Positions 27,072 through 37,691 of a stretch of 64,000 nucleotides of DNA are shown in pieces (position 1 is the stretch's first letter; every line of letters starts with the position of its first letter). A model generated the notes under the pieces. The model was not told the DNA's origin and did not search any database. It saw nothing but the letters and a program-made list of their open reading frames with translations. Source of the stretch: Candidatus Latescibacterota bacterium (GTDB taxonomy: Bacteria > Latescibacterota > UBA2968 > UBA8231); the NCBI GenBank assembly GCA_965248265.1, contig CBDFJF010000001.1:384001-448000 (forward strand). Reading direction: 5' to 3'. Made by a program: the position numbers and the translations under genes.

Positions 27072-28678
27072 ATGCCCCATGGACACCCCGTCACGGCTCC
27101 TCCAGACTACGGAATCATCTTCAACCACGACGGTACCTTCCACGGGCTGTCGGAGTACCCGTAACAAGTCGGTGACTTGCTCAACAAGGTGTATGGACCA
27201 CTCGAGGAGACCCAGGTGGGCGCCATGTTCTGGTGCGTCGGCACCGACGAGGCGCGCTGGCCGTCAGAAAAGTTGCCGATGGACGGCGACGCCGAGGAGC
27301 GCTGGTACTCGTCTGTCAAGGGGATGCGGCGCTCTGAACGTGTTCGCGCCATGTTCGAGCGCGGCGACGATCTCTACGGCTCGATGGTGCGCCGCGGCCA
27401 CGAGCTGGGCATGGATGTCTTCGTCTCCTTGCGTATGAACGACAACCACTTCTGGTCCGATTCGGCGCGCAAAGCCCCTCCCCTCGCTCCGGAGGAGATG
27501 GCGCAGACGACCCGGCCACACTTGACTCAGTTTCGCAAGGACCACCCCGAATGGGTGCTCGGCATCGGCAATGCGCCACGGTGGGCGGTAACATCGTGGA
27601 ACATGGCGATTCCTGAAGTGCGGGAGCACTCCTTGATTCGCATCCGCGAGGCCTGCGCTCAAGCCGACTGGGACGGCATCGAGATCGACTGGCAGCGCCA
27701 CGCGTTCCACTTGCCCGAGCACGACGCCTATCGCCTGCGCTACACGCTTACCGACTTCATGCGCGCCGTCCGCAACGTAACCGACGAGTTCGCCGACAAA
27801 CGCGGCCGGCCGTTCTATTTGGCGGTACGGGTCGGCGCCTCCCGCGAGACCAACCGACGCATCGGCTACGACGTCGAGACGTGGATAGCGGACGGTCTGT
27901 GCGACATCGTCGCGACGAACGCCAACTCAGGTACAGACCCCGGGGTCGAGGTCGACGAGTACGTGGCGATGATGGAGGGCACGAACGTCAGGCTGTATCC
28001 CGGGTACGATAGCCACGGCGAGTTTGGCACAGGCCATCTGGTTTCGGCGAATCCCTGGCGAGAGGCGTGGTTCCGCGGACTCACCAAGGGCTACTACGAC
28101 CGCGGGGCCTCGGGCGTTCACCTGTTCAACTGGCAACGCCAGGCCAACACGCTCAGGCCCTGCTGGAGACCCTTGGCTCGCGGAGGACCCTGGAGGGGTG
28201 CAGCAAGATCTACGTCACTGTCAAGCGCCACATCCGCGACAAATCCGAGATCCGATATGGCGCAGAGAGAGATGACCGACTCCTGGGTGAAGTGCCGGTC
28301 GAGCTCCACAGAACGATCACGGGGATCGGTCCGACCTTCCGTGTCAGCGTCTACGACGACGTTGTCGCCGCGGCTGACGCCGGCACGCTGGACAGCGCCG
28401 AGCTCCAGATTGACCTCAACCACTGGTCGCCATCAGATCGTTTCAAGGTCAACCTCGATGGTGACGAACTTGCCGCCGGGAAACCGGTTTCTCCCGCTTC
28501 CAGGGACATCACCGACCCCAGCGATGTCGCCGAAAACACATGGCTCGTCTGGGTTTTGCAACCCGAGCAGGTTGCCTACGGAGCGCACGGGATCGAAGTC
28601 GTCCTGCTCGAGCGCGACCCCCGAATCCGCGTCCCCGTCGTCATCGACAACGTCGAGATCCACATCAACTATGCATGA
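27072..28678 (+). pseudogene. Glycoside-hydrolase-like (GHL10/DUF187-type) TIM-barrel protein, disrupted
   Basis: IIFNHDG, then an in-frame TAA at 27162-27164; SLRMNDNH, DGIEIDW, GVHLFN; a one-base frameshift near 28158 into the frame of ORF 28067..28678. Confidence 0.75.
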
Positions 28679-28741
28679 AGGAGCGCCCCTTGGCCACTGC
28701 GCAACACCCCTGAAACGGTGACGAAACTGTCGGAGTGTACG

Positions 28742-29689
28742 ATGGCCACCGATGATCTCATGGAACGCATTGCTCGAGCGCCGATGATGTGTGATGGCGC
28801 CATGAAAACACAGCTTGTGGAGCAGGGTTTAAATCGAGGCTTGATCTCCGACAAGCAGATGAGCTTCAGCACGGGGTATTGGAACGTCGATCACCCCGAA
28901 GTGGTTGACGCGGTTCATCGAGATTATCTGGACGCCGGTTGCGAGCTGATCCTCACCAATACGTTCAAGATCAGCTCTTTCCATGTTTTGATGTGGGACC
29001 GAGTCAAGACCCTTACCGAGGCGGCTCGTGTCAGCGTCAAGCTGATTGAAGCGGCCACGAAGATCGCCCGCGGTGTCTGTCGTGATGACGCCTGGGTGCT
29101 CGGAGACATCGGTCACTGCATCAGCCAAATGCCAGGGTTTGTTCGTCCGGAAAGAGAAGTATTGCGCGAGGAATACAAACGACAGGCTCAAGCCATGCGC
29201 GATGCGGGGGCTGACGCGATCATCGTGGAGTACATGGCAGACCCCCTGGAGTTGGCCGCGGCTGTTGAAGTTTCAAAGCAAGTCGCCGACTGGCCAGTCA
29301 TGGCAACGCCGGTGTACACCAATCACGGAACCGATACTCATCGGGACTACCGGACGCATCGCTCGGTTCATGCCGATGAGGTCGCAGGCGTGAGCCTCGA
29401 CGAAATGACCCGTGTCGCCATTGAATCCGGAGCCGACGTCGTCGGGGCACACTGCGGTCACTCACTCGATGTGTCGGATTACCTGGCCATTGCGGAACAG
29501 ATCCTCGCCTCACCCCATCGCCCCGCGCAAACGCCGGTGTTGATCCAACCGAACGGGTCTGAGACGGGCAAGCCGCTCGCCGAATCGGTCACTCGATTCC
29601 TCGATCTGGGTGTACGTATTCTAGGCGGATGCTGTGGCACAACCCCCATAGACTTACGTGTTATGTCTGAGACGATGCGCGAGCACTGA
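28742..29689 (+). CDS. Homocysteine S-methyltransferase family protein (stand-alone Hcy-binding domain)
   Basis: DGAMKTQL, HRDYLDAG..LILTNTF, GAHCG, LGGCCGTTP. Confidence 0.88.
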   Translation: MATDDLMERIARAPMMCDGAMKTQLVEQGLNRGLISDKQMSFSTGYWNVDHPEVVDAVHRDYLDAGCELILTNTFKISSFHVLMWDRVKTLTEAARVSVKLIEAATKIARGVCRDDAWVLGDIGHCISQMPGFVRPEREVLREEYKRQAQAMRDAGADAIIVEYMADPLELAAAVEVSKQVADWPVMATPVYTNHGTDTHRDYRTHRSVHADEVAGVSLDEMTRVAIESGADVVGAHCGHSLDVSDYLAIAEQILASPHRPAQTPVLIQPNGSETGKPLAESVTRFLDLGVRILGGCCGTTPIDLRVMSETMREH

Positions 29690-29708
29690 GAAAACCAGCC
29701 CGGTCTGC

Positions 29709-30038
29709 CTACGCAGCCCAGTGGAACACTTCGGGCAAGCCCTCCGGATAGGGGTTGGCAGCATCGTAGTCTTCGCCCTCTGCATTCTCCATGATGGGTG
29801 CCATATATTCCTCCCACTTGACGGATTCCGGGCTGGCCTCGAGTATGCGACTGGCCTCGGCATAGTCATCGACTTCCATGTACAGGAATAGTTGCTGGTC
29901 AAACATGAAAATGCTCATCTTGTGGATGCCGGCGCGTCGCATGTCTTTCTGGATTTCGGGCCATATGTTGTCGTGACGCCGGATGTACTCCTGCTCCTGA
30001 CCTTTTTTAACCCTCATCGCCAGAGCGATCCTGTCCAT
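29709..30038 (-). CDS. rhaM: L-rhamnose mutarotase
   Basis: EYIRRHDNIWPE, AGIHKMSIF, LFLYME, KWEEYM, EVFH. Confidence 0.85.
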   Translation of the reverse strand: MDRIALAMRVKKGQEQEYIRRHDNIWPEIQKDMRRAGIHKMSIFMFDQQLFLYMEVDDYAEASRILEASPESVKWEEYMAPIMENAEGEDYDAANPYPEGLPEVFHWAA

Positions 30039-30186
30039 CGAGTGTTCTCCCCGTTATCTGGAAGTCATCTGGTTACTGGGCTACAACAGTACTAATCTGT
30101 GAAAGGCGGAACCATCCCGTGCACACGATCTTTCGGTTGCCCGATTCAGACGAAGAGTTCGCCATGAGTGGCGACCACCTGGCCAA

Positions 30187-31389
30187 ATGGGAAAAGTGAC
30201 CGAAGCCAGCGGCAGGTACAAGGAGGTCTGCGGCCAGATCGACGCCGAGGCCATTGCCTGTGATACGCTGGAGTTCGTGCGAGTGCAGAGCGAGACTGGA
30301 GCGGAGGCTGAGGGCAGCCGTTTTATGGCGGATTTGCTGGATCGAGAGGGTTTTGACGTTCGCTTCGACGAAGTCGAACCAGGGCGCCCCAACGTGTACA
30401 GCACGATCGAAGGCGCGACAGCCGATGGACGCGCCCTCGCCTTCAACGGTCACACCGACACCATTCCGATCGGGATCTCCTCTCCACCGGAACGCGACGG
30501 GGATTGGGTGGTCGGGCGCGGCGCCGAGGACATGAAGGGTGGCCTGGTGGCCATGGTGCACGCCGCCGCCGCCCTGCGCAAGGCCGGGGTGCAGCTGGAA
30601 GGCGCCCTATCGATGACGGGCGTCGTCGGCCACGAGACGCCGATCGGCAAGAAGGAAGGCCCCAAGAGATTGATCGAGCATTTGCGGTCGGGGGCGATCG
30701 CCGCTGACGGAATCATCATCGTCGAAGGCCCCAGGGCGATCTGGTCGGCAAGCCTGGGGTCAACGATCTTCACGGTGAAGATTTCGACGGACCGCGGGCC
30801 GATCCACACGATCAAAGTCCCGTATGCGGAAAATCCGGCTCTGTGGGCGGGTAGGCTGTTGGCCGAGTTCGCCAACCTGGAACAGGATTTCGCGACGGCT
30901 GAAGAGCACCCCTTGTGCGGTCGCGAACAGATCAACGTCGGACTCCTGCATGGTGGGGATTATTTCAACCGGCTGCCGACCGAAGTCGCCGTAACCGGGA
31001 CGCGCCGCTGGACCCCCGGCAAGACCTTTGCCGAGGTCACATCGCAATTGAAACAACTGTGCGACCAGTTGGCGAATGAATCGGGGCTTGCCTTCGAACT
31101 CGAACTTGAAGGCAATCGCGAGCCGTTCGAAACACCTCCGGATCATCCCCTGGTCGTAGCACTGCGGGGGGCCAGTGAGAATGTAGCAGGCGTGCCAGCA
31201 GACCGGATCGGCATGGGGCTGGTCGGCGACGCCAACCTGTACGTCAACGACGGCGGTGTGCCCACCGTCTACTACGGGCCCGCTCACGAGACCGCCCACT
31301 CCGACCATGAGCGAGTCTCAGTCACCAACCTGGAACATTGTGCCAGAGTCTATGCTCTCAGCGCCATGGAGTTTTGTGGCGTGAAGTGA
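30187..31389 (+). CDS. M20-family metallopeptidase/deacylase (ArgE/DapE-like)
   Basis: GRPNV, FNGHTDT, GRGAEDMKGG, YGP...AHSDHE. Confidence 0.9.
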   Translation: MGKVTEASGRYKEVCGQIDAEAIACDTLEFVRVQSETGAEAEGSRFMADLLDREGFDVRFDEVEPGRPNVYSTIEGATADGRALAFNGHTDTIPIGISSPPERDGDWVVGRGAEDMKGGLVAMVHAAAALRKAGVQLEGALSMTGVVGHETPIGKKEGPKRLIEHLRSGAIAADGIIIVEGPRAIWSASLGSTIFTVKISTDRGPIHTIKVPYAENPALWAGRLLAEFANLEQDFATAEEHPLCGREQINVGLLHGGDYFNRLPTEVAVTGTRRWTPGKTFAEVTSQLKQLCDQLANESGLAFELELEGNREPFETPPDHPLVVALRGASENVAGVPADRIGMGLVGDANLYVNDGGVPTVYYGPAHETAHSDHERVSVTNLEHCARVYALSAMEFCGVK

Positions 31390-31419
31390 GTGACCACTTT
31401 CAACTCTCAAGGAGAAACC

Positions 31420-32145
31420 ATGGCAGATACCAAAGCCCTGCTGGCCGAACTGGCCAAAGTCGATACACCATCCGTCACCAACGTCGTAGCGACCTATCCG
31501 AAAAATCCACTTTGTCTGGGGCTCTACAATCCGTGGACTGAAAACTGGTACACCGATCAGACGGTCAAGTGCATGTACCCGGAGCTTGGAGCCCGGGTGG
31601 GGTTCGCGGTGTCCTGCGTCTTCGGCATGCCCGATCCAAGTTTCAGCCGCCTGACATTCATGGATGTACTGGACGTCATGGAGGCGTCTCCGCAGCCGAC
31701 GATTCTGGCTCTGGAACAGAAGTACCCGCCTGAAATTCAGGGCAAGGTGGGGCTGGCGGGTGGCGTGATGACGACGATGATGAAGACGATGGGCTGCCTG
31801 GGAGTTGTCTCCAACGGTCCGTCCAGAGACATCGACGAGATCCGGCCGATGGGGTTTCAGTACCTGCTGAGCGGCATTACCGCCGGCCATGGGGACATGG
31901 CGGTGCATTCGGTCAACACCCCCGTGCATATCGCTGGCATGGATGTGTCGCCCGGCGAGATCATCCACATGGATGAGAACGGCGCCTGCAAGTTTCCGGC
32001 CGACCGACTGGAGGAGGTGGTCACCAACGTCAAGGCGCTGCTGGCCGATGAGGAAGAAAAGATGGCTCGCATTCGCAAGGCCACCAGCGCAGTACAGATC
32101 AGGGAAGCCATGAGCGGCCACAGCTATTCAGACGAAAAGAAGTAG
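31420..32145 (+). CDS. RraA-like / HMG aldolase family protein
   Basis: [38 protein letters not shown]. Confidence 0.85.
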   Translation: MADTKALLAELAKVDTPSVTNVVATYPKNPLCLGLYNPWTENWYTDQTVKCMYPELGARVGFAVSCVFGMPDPSFSRLTFMDVLDVMEASPQPTILALEQKYPPEIQGKVGLAGGVMTTMMKTMGCLGVVSNGPSRDIDEIRPMGFQYLLSGITAGHGDMAVHSVNTPVHIAGMDVSPGEIIHMDENGACKFPADRLEEVVTNVKALLADEEEKMARIRKATSAVQIREAMSGHSYSDEKK

Positions 32146-32152
32146 CACGATC

Positions 32153-33061
32153 ATGCCGGAGTTGCCCGATGTAGAGCTCTACCTGCACGCTCTGCGCAAC
32201 TTCATTGGCGGCCACAGTATCGACAGCATTGCGCTCAGAAGTCCGTTCCTAGTGCGCTCGGTGGACCCGCCTCTCGAGAGCGCCGTCGGCAGGCAGGTAG
32301 TCGGCCTGCGCCGGATGGGGAAGCGCATCGTCTGGGAACTGGAAGACGACCTGTACCTGGTGTTTCACCTGATGATCGCAGGCCGCTACCATTGGAAGAA
32401 GCCGGGTGTCAAGCCGACTCGCAAGGTCGACCTGGCTGCCTTCCACTTTTCTCCGGGCACCTTGATGATGACGGAGGCCAGCTCGAAGAAGCGGGCATCG
32501 TTGCACGTCGTCAGCGGTGAGAAAGGGGTGAAGGAGCATGATCCGGGTGGCCTGGAAGTGCTCGAATGCGACGAGGATGAGTTCAAGGCGGCTCTGACCA
32601 GGGAGAACCACACTCTCAAACGCACTCTGACGGATCCGCGAGTTTTCAGCGGCATCGGCAACGCGTATTCGGATGAGATCCTGCACGCGGCTCGCCTGTC
32701 CCCGGTCAAGTGGACGAGCCGCTTGTCTGGCGCGGAGATCAGCCGCCTCTACGTGGCCACCCGCGACACCATGATCCGGTGGACGGAGATGCTCAAGGCG
32801 GAATGCGGTGACGAGCGCTTTCCCGAGAAGGTCACAGCCTTCAAGGAAGGCATGGCTGCTCACGGACGCTACGGCCAGCCATGTCCGGTATGCGACACAC
32901 CCATCCAGGAAATCGTCTACGCTTCCAATGAGACGAACTACTGTCCCCGTTGCCAAACGGGCGGCAAGGTTTTGGCAGACCGTCTGTTGTCGCGGCTGCT
33001 GAAGGATGACTGGCCGAAGACGATCGAAGAAGCGGAAGAGCTGCGGGGGAGGATGGAATAG
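32153..33061 (+). CDS. mutM: Fpg/Nei-family DNA glycosylase
   Basis: [30 protein letters not shown], zinc finger CPVC...CPRCQ. Confidence 0.92.
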   Translation: MPELPDVELYLHALRNFIGGHSIDSIALRSPFLVRSVDPPLESAVGRQVVGLRRMGKRIVWELEDDLYLVFHLMIAGRYHWKKPGVKPTRKVDLAAFHFSPGTLMMTEASSKKRASLHVVSGEKGVKEHDPGGLEVLECDEDEFKAALTRENHTLKRTLTDPRVFSGIGNAYSDEILHAARLSPVKWTSRLSGAEISRLYVATRDTMIRWTEMLKAECGDERFPEKVTAFKEGMAAHGRYGQPCPVCDTPIQEIVYASNETNYCPRCQTGGKVLADRLLSRLLKDDWPKTIEEAEELRGRME

Positions 33062-33172
33062 CTCCATTGCCGCAGTCAGTCAACTGCTCTATCTTCACCC
33101 GTTTCGCCAGCAACTGACAAATCTTCAACGAGTTAGGGCTATCCGATCAGGCCACCCTGCCAATTGCGAACT

Positions 33173-34291
33173 ATGATCGAGTACGACGGATACAAGATTG
33201 CGGAGCCGGATGCGCTCGAGACCCCGGCGATGGTCGTCTTCGCTGACAAGCTGGATGACAACATCGCCGCGATGTGTGAAGCCGCAGGTGGCGGTGGCAA
33301 TCTGATGGTGCACGTAAAAACCCACAAAACCGAGGCGATCGTCCGTCGACAGATAGAGGCCGGGATTGCAGGGTTCAAGTGCGCGACACTGAAGGAGTTG
33401 GAAGTGACGATGGAGGCGGGCGCTTCCGAGGCGATCCTGGCCTATCCTCAGGTGCAGCGCCGCAAGGTCGAGCGCCTGGCCAGTCTGACGGACACGTTTC
33501 CGGATTGTCAGGTTCACACCATAGTCAGCGCCGACGAACACGTGGCCGTGTTGCGCGACGTCGCGGGGGAGCAAGAGCAATCCCGATCCTTCAACGTCAT
33601 GATCGATGTCGATGCCGGAATGCATCGTACTGGAGTGTCCTTTAAGGACGCGGAGACACTGTATCGAGTAATCCATGAGGACGATGACCTGGTCGCGACG
33701 GGTATTCACCTATACGACGGCCATGAGCATTTCTCGGACCCAGCGGAGCGCGAAGCAGCCGCCAACAGGCAGATCGCCAGGCTGGAAAAACTGAAGGCGC
33801 AGCTCGAACAGGCCGGCATGTCTGTTCCGCGGATCGCCGCCGGGTGCACCTTTACCTACCCCTACTACGCACGCACCGAGGGCATGCACGGTTCGCCGGG
33901 CACCTGCACCTACTGGGACCTTGGCTACGGCAACACCCTACCGAATCAGCCCTATCAGTTCGCTGCCATGGTGCTGACGCAGGTCGTCGATCGTGATCTC
34001 GGCCATCACACCATAACGACTGATCTGGGCAACAAGGCGATTCCAGCTGATCCCCCCATGCACCGCAGAGCCACGCTGATGGGCCATGAGGATGCCAATC
34101 TCCTCATGCAAAACGAGGAGCACGGGGTCTTCGCCCTGCGCGGCGGCGAGTTGCCCTGTGTGGGCACCTACCTGCTGGCCATTCCCTGGCACGTGTGTCC
34201 GACGGCGACGAAGTACCCTGGCAGCTATCTGCTGGATGACCAGGGCGCGCTGGTAGACTTTCATCCGCACACCGCCCGGGACCGGTATTGA
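33173..34291 (+). CDS. D-threonine aldolase/DSD1-family PLP-dependent enzyme
   Basis: LETPAMV, HVKTHK, GMHRTG, HLYDGH, NEEHG, PWHVCPT. Confidence 0.9.
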   Translation: MIEYDGYKIAEPDALETPAMVVFADKLDDNIAAMCEAAGGGGNLMVHVKTHKTEAIVRRQIEAGIAGFKCATLKELEVTMEAGASEAILAYPQVQRRKVERLASLTDTFPDCQVHTIVSADEHVAVLRDVAGEQEQSRSFNVMIDVDAGMHRTGVSFKDAETLYRVIHEDDDLVATGIHLYDGHEHFSDPAEREAAANRQIARLEKLKAQLEQAGMSVPRIAAGCTFTYPYYARTEGMHGSPGTCTYWDLGYGNTLPNQPYQFAAMVLTQVVDRDLGHHTITTDLGNKAIPADPPMHRRATLMGHEDANLLMQNEEHGVFALRGGELPCVGTYLLAIPWHVCPTATKYPGSYLLDDQGALVDFHPHTARDRY

Positions 34292-34345
34292 TGTCTCGCC
34301 GGCGTCCCCACGGCGCGTCCTAGCGCCGCCGATTCCACGCTGAGG

Positions 34346-35032
34346 ATGGGCGGCACCCTCGCACAGTCTCCGTTTTCGGTCAGCTGGCTCGTCCACCGCA
34401 TCACGCGCCAGTACATCGCCGCGGCGGCGAGTAGCCATGCGAAGGGCTTGCTCCTCGACATCGGCTGTGGCCTGCGACCCTATGAACAGTTGCTACTGGG
34501 TTACGCGAGTTCGTATCTGGGTCTCGAAAGCGATCGGGGGCGTTACCGGACGACCCCTCCTGATCTATGGGGTAGCGGATTGAATCTGCCTCTGCGTAGC
34601 GAGAGCGCTGACACCGTCGTCGCCTTTCAGGTGCTCGAGCACGTTCCCGATCCGGCCCAGTTGTTCGCGGAGAGCTGTCGAGTGCTCAAGCCGGGAGGGT
34701 GTCTGATTGTCGCGGCGCCGCACATCTGGGGGGTACACGAGGAACCCGAGGACTACTTCCGGTTCACCGGGTACGGCCTCGCGCACCTGTCCCGTCAGGC
34801 CGGTCTGCGGGTTGACAGTGTGAGGGCGATGGCCGGCTACTGGGTAACGGCCGGCACACGGCTGTGCTACTACCTCCAACACTTCGAGAAAATCGGCCTG
34901 GCCTTCCTCCTACGTCCTCTTTACGCCGTCATCCAGGTTGGCGCCATGGCATTGGATCGACTGCATCGGGTTGAAGGGGACACGTGGAACTTCCTCCTGG
35001 TCGCGAGTAAGACAGATGACGGCGCTGACTGA
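34346..35032 (+). CDS. Class I SAM-dependent methyltransferase (glycan-locus type)
   Basis: LLDIGCG, QVLEHV, RVLKPGG, HEEPEDYFRFT. Confidence 0.88.
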   Translation: MGGTLAQSPFSVSWLVHRITRQYIAAAASSHAKGLLLDIGCGLRPYEQLLLGYASSYLGLESDRGRYRTTPPDLWGSGLNLPLRSESADTVVAFQVLEHVPDPAQLFAESCRVLKPGGCLIVAAPHIWGVHEEPEDYFRFTGYGLAHLSRQAGLRVDSVRAMAGYWVTAGTRLCYYLQHFEKIGLAFLLRPLYAVIQVGAMALDRLHRVEGDTWNFLLVASKTDDGAD

Positions 35033-36451
35033 GTCCGTTTTCCTTCATCCGGGCAATCGCCGTCTGCTCGCCGGCGTGTGTGTCGTGCTCGTCGGCCTGA
35101 TGGCCGTGCCGATGCTGTGGTCGGTGGGGTACGCGCTGCTGATCGCCCCGACCATGCTGGTGACCGGACTCATCCTGTTTTCCGTGCCACGGACCCTCCT
35201 GGCGGGGGCGGCCGTGACCATTCTGGTTCCGGCTCCATACTACATCCAGATCCAGTTTCCGCTTGATTTCCGTCTGGCCGAGGCCTGCCTGATCGCTGCC
35301 TCGCTGTTCGCCGTAGTCGAGATCACGCACCGAAACGGCTGGAAGTTGAAACCAAGCGCCGTCGACGGAGCCGTAGCCGTGTTTCTGCTGACGGCTGTGG
35401 TGTCCGCTGGGGTGGGCTACTACTACGGCAATGAGACCTCGCTGATTCTGCGCAACCTGCGATTTCCCCTGTACTATTTCGTCTTCTACCTGATCACCCA
35501 ATCCATGGATTCGCCCGCGGCGGCAGCGCGTTCCTTCAGCACTCTGGCGGTTCTCACTGGAGTCGTCATCAGCATTACCTTCATCCTCGAGTTTGTCGAG
35601 CTCATCGACCTTTCCGGGCTTGAGGAGGAAAGCTTTCGCGTGACTCGCCGCCAGGGCATCCTGTTGCCGATCGCTCTGTTGTTGGCGACCAACCAGTTCC
35701 TGCACGATCCCCGGCGCTACGGCCGGCTGCTGCCGGCGGGCGTTTTTCTGGTGACGGGTCTGGGCCTGTCGCTGACGTTGGCGCGCGGCATGATGATCGC
35801 GACCATCTTCGGTTTCGCCGTGGCGGTATGGCTGCGTTACCGGGAACAGTACCGGGCCTGGCGTTCGCTGCTGATGACCCTGTTGGCGCTGTCGCTGCTG
35901 ATGGGAACTGCGTTGATGTTTCAGCGCGTAACCGGCACAGCACTCACGGCCCATGCGGTCGAACGGTCCCGAACCTTCGTCGACTACCAGAGCGACGTCC
36001 TGTTCGTGAGTCGACTGCTCGGCTATAGCGAGGCGCTCGAGGCGATCCAGGAGCGCCCCATTCTTGGAAGCGGACAGGGCAGCACCGTCACCTCCTACAC
36101 CTTCGACATCGACTCGAAGCAGTTCGAACGCTGGATCTCTTGGACGTTGGACAGTTTGTACCTGACGTTGTGGATGAAGATGGGGTTGCCCGGTCTCATT
36201 GCCTTCGTCTATCTGTGCACGAAAATCGTGTCCCTGTCGTCATACACATTGAAACATTCCGAAGACCCACGGCTGAAGGCGTTCGCAGCCAGCACCGTCT
36301 CCATCTTGGCGGCCTTTCTCGTGCTCGGGTTGAGCGACGGCACCATGGTAAACGGGCGCTTCACATTGCTGTTCGGCATGCTGTTCGGTTGCGTTGCCGT
36401 GGTCGCGCGCGTAATCGAACGGCGTCAGTCTTCCGCGTCGAGTGTGAGCAC

Positions 36452-36455
<4 letters not shown>
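35016..36455 (+). CDS. O-antigen ligase / Wzy-family membrane protein
   Basis: About 12 TM segments; LTLARG, SRL, ERPILGSGQG, DSLYLTLWMKMGLPG. Confidence 0.8.
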
Positions 36456-37639
<1,184 letters not shown>

Positions 37640-37691
37640 ACGATCGTTTATGAAGGTCCCACTGACTGACATGCAGAAGGGGAGTACCTAG

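Noticed and set aside
28161-28721. C-terminal part of the 514-aa ORF 27177..28721
   Set aside because: Out-of-frame Ser/Thr/Arg-rich translation after the frameshift; the real C-terminus is in the 28067..28678 frame.
34289-34345. In-frame TGA between the PLP enzyme and the methyltransferase (readthrough or selenocysteine fusion)
   Set aside because: The PLP enzyme ends at its normal family C-terminus (ARDRY), the two domains are unrelated, and no SECIS-like element is evident.
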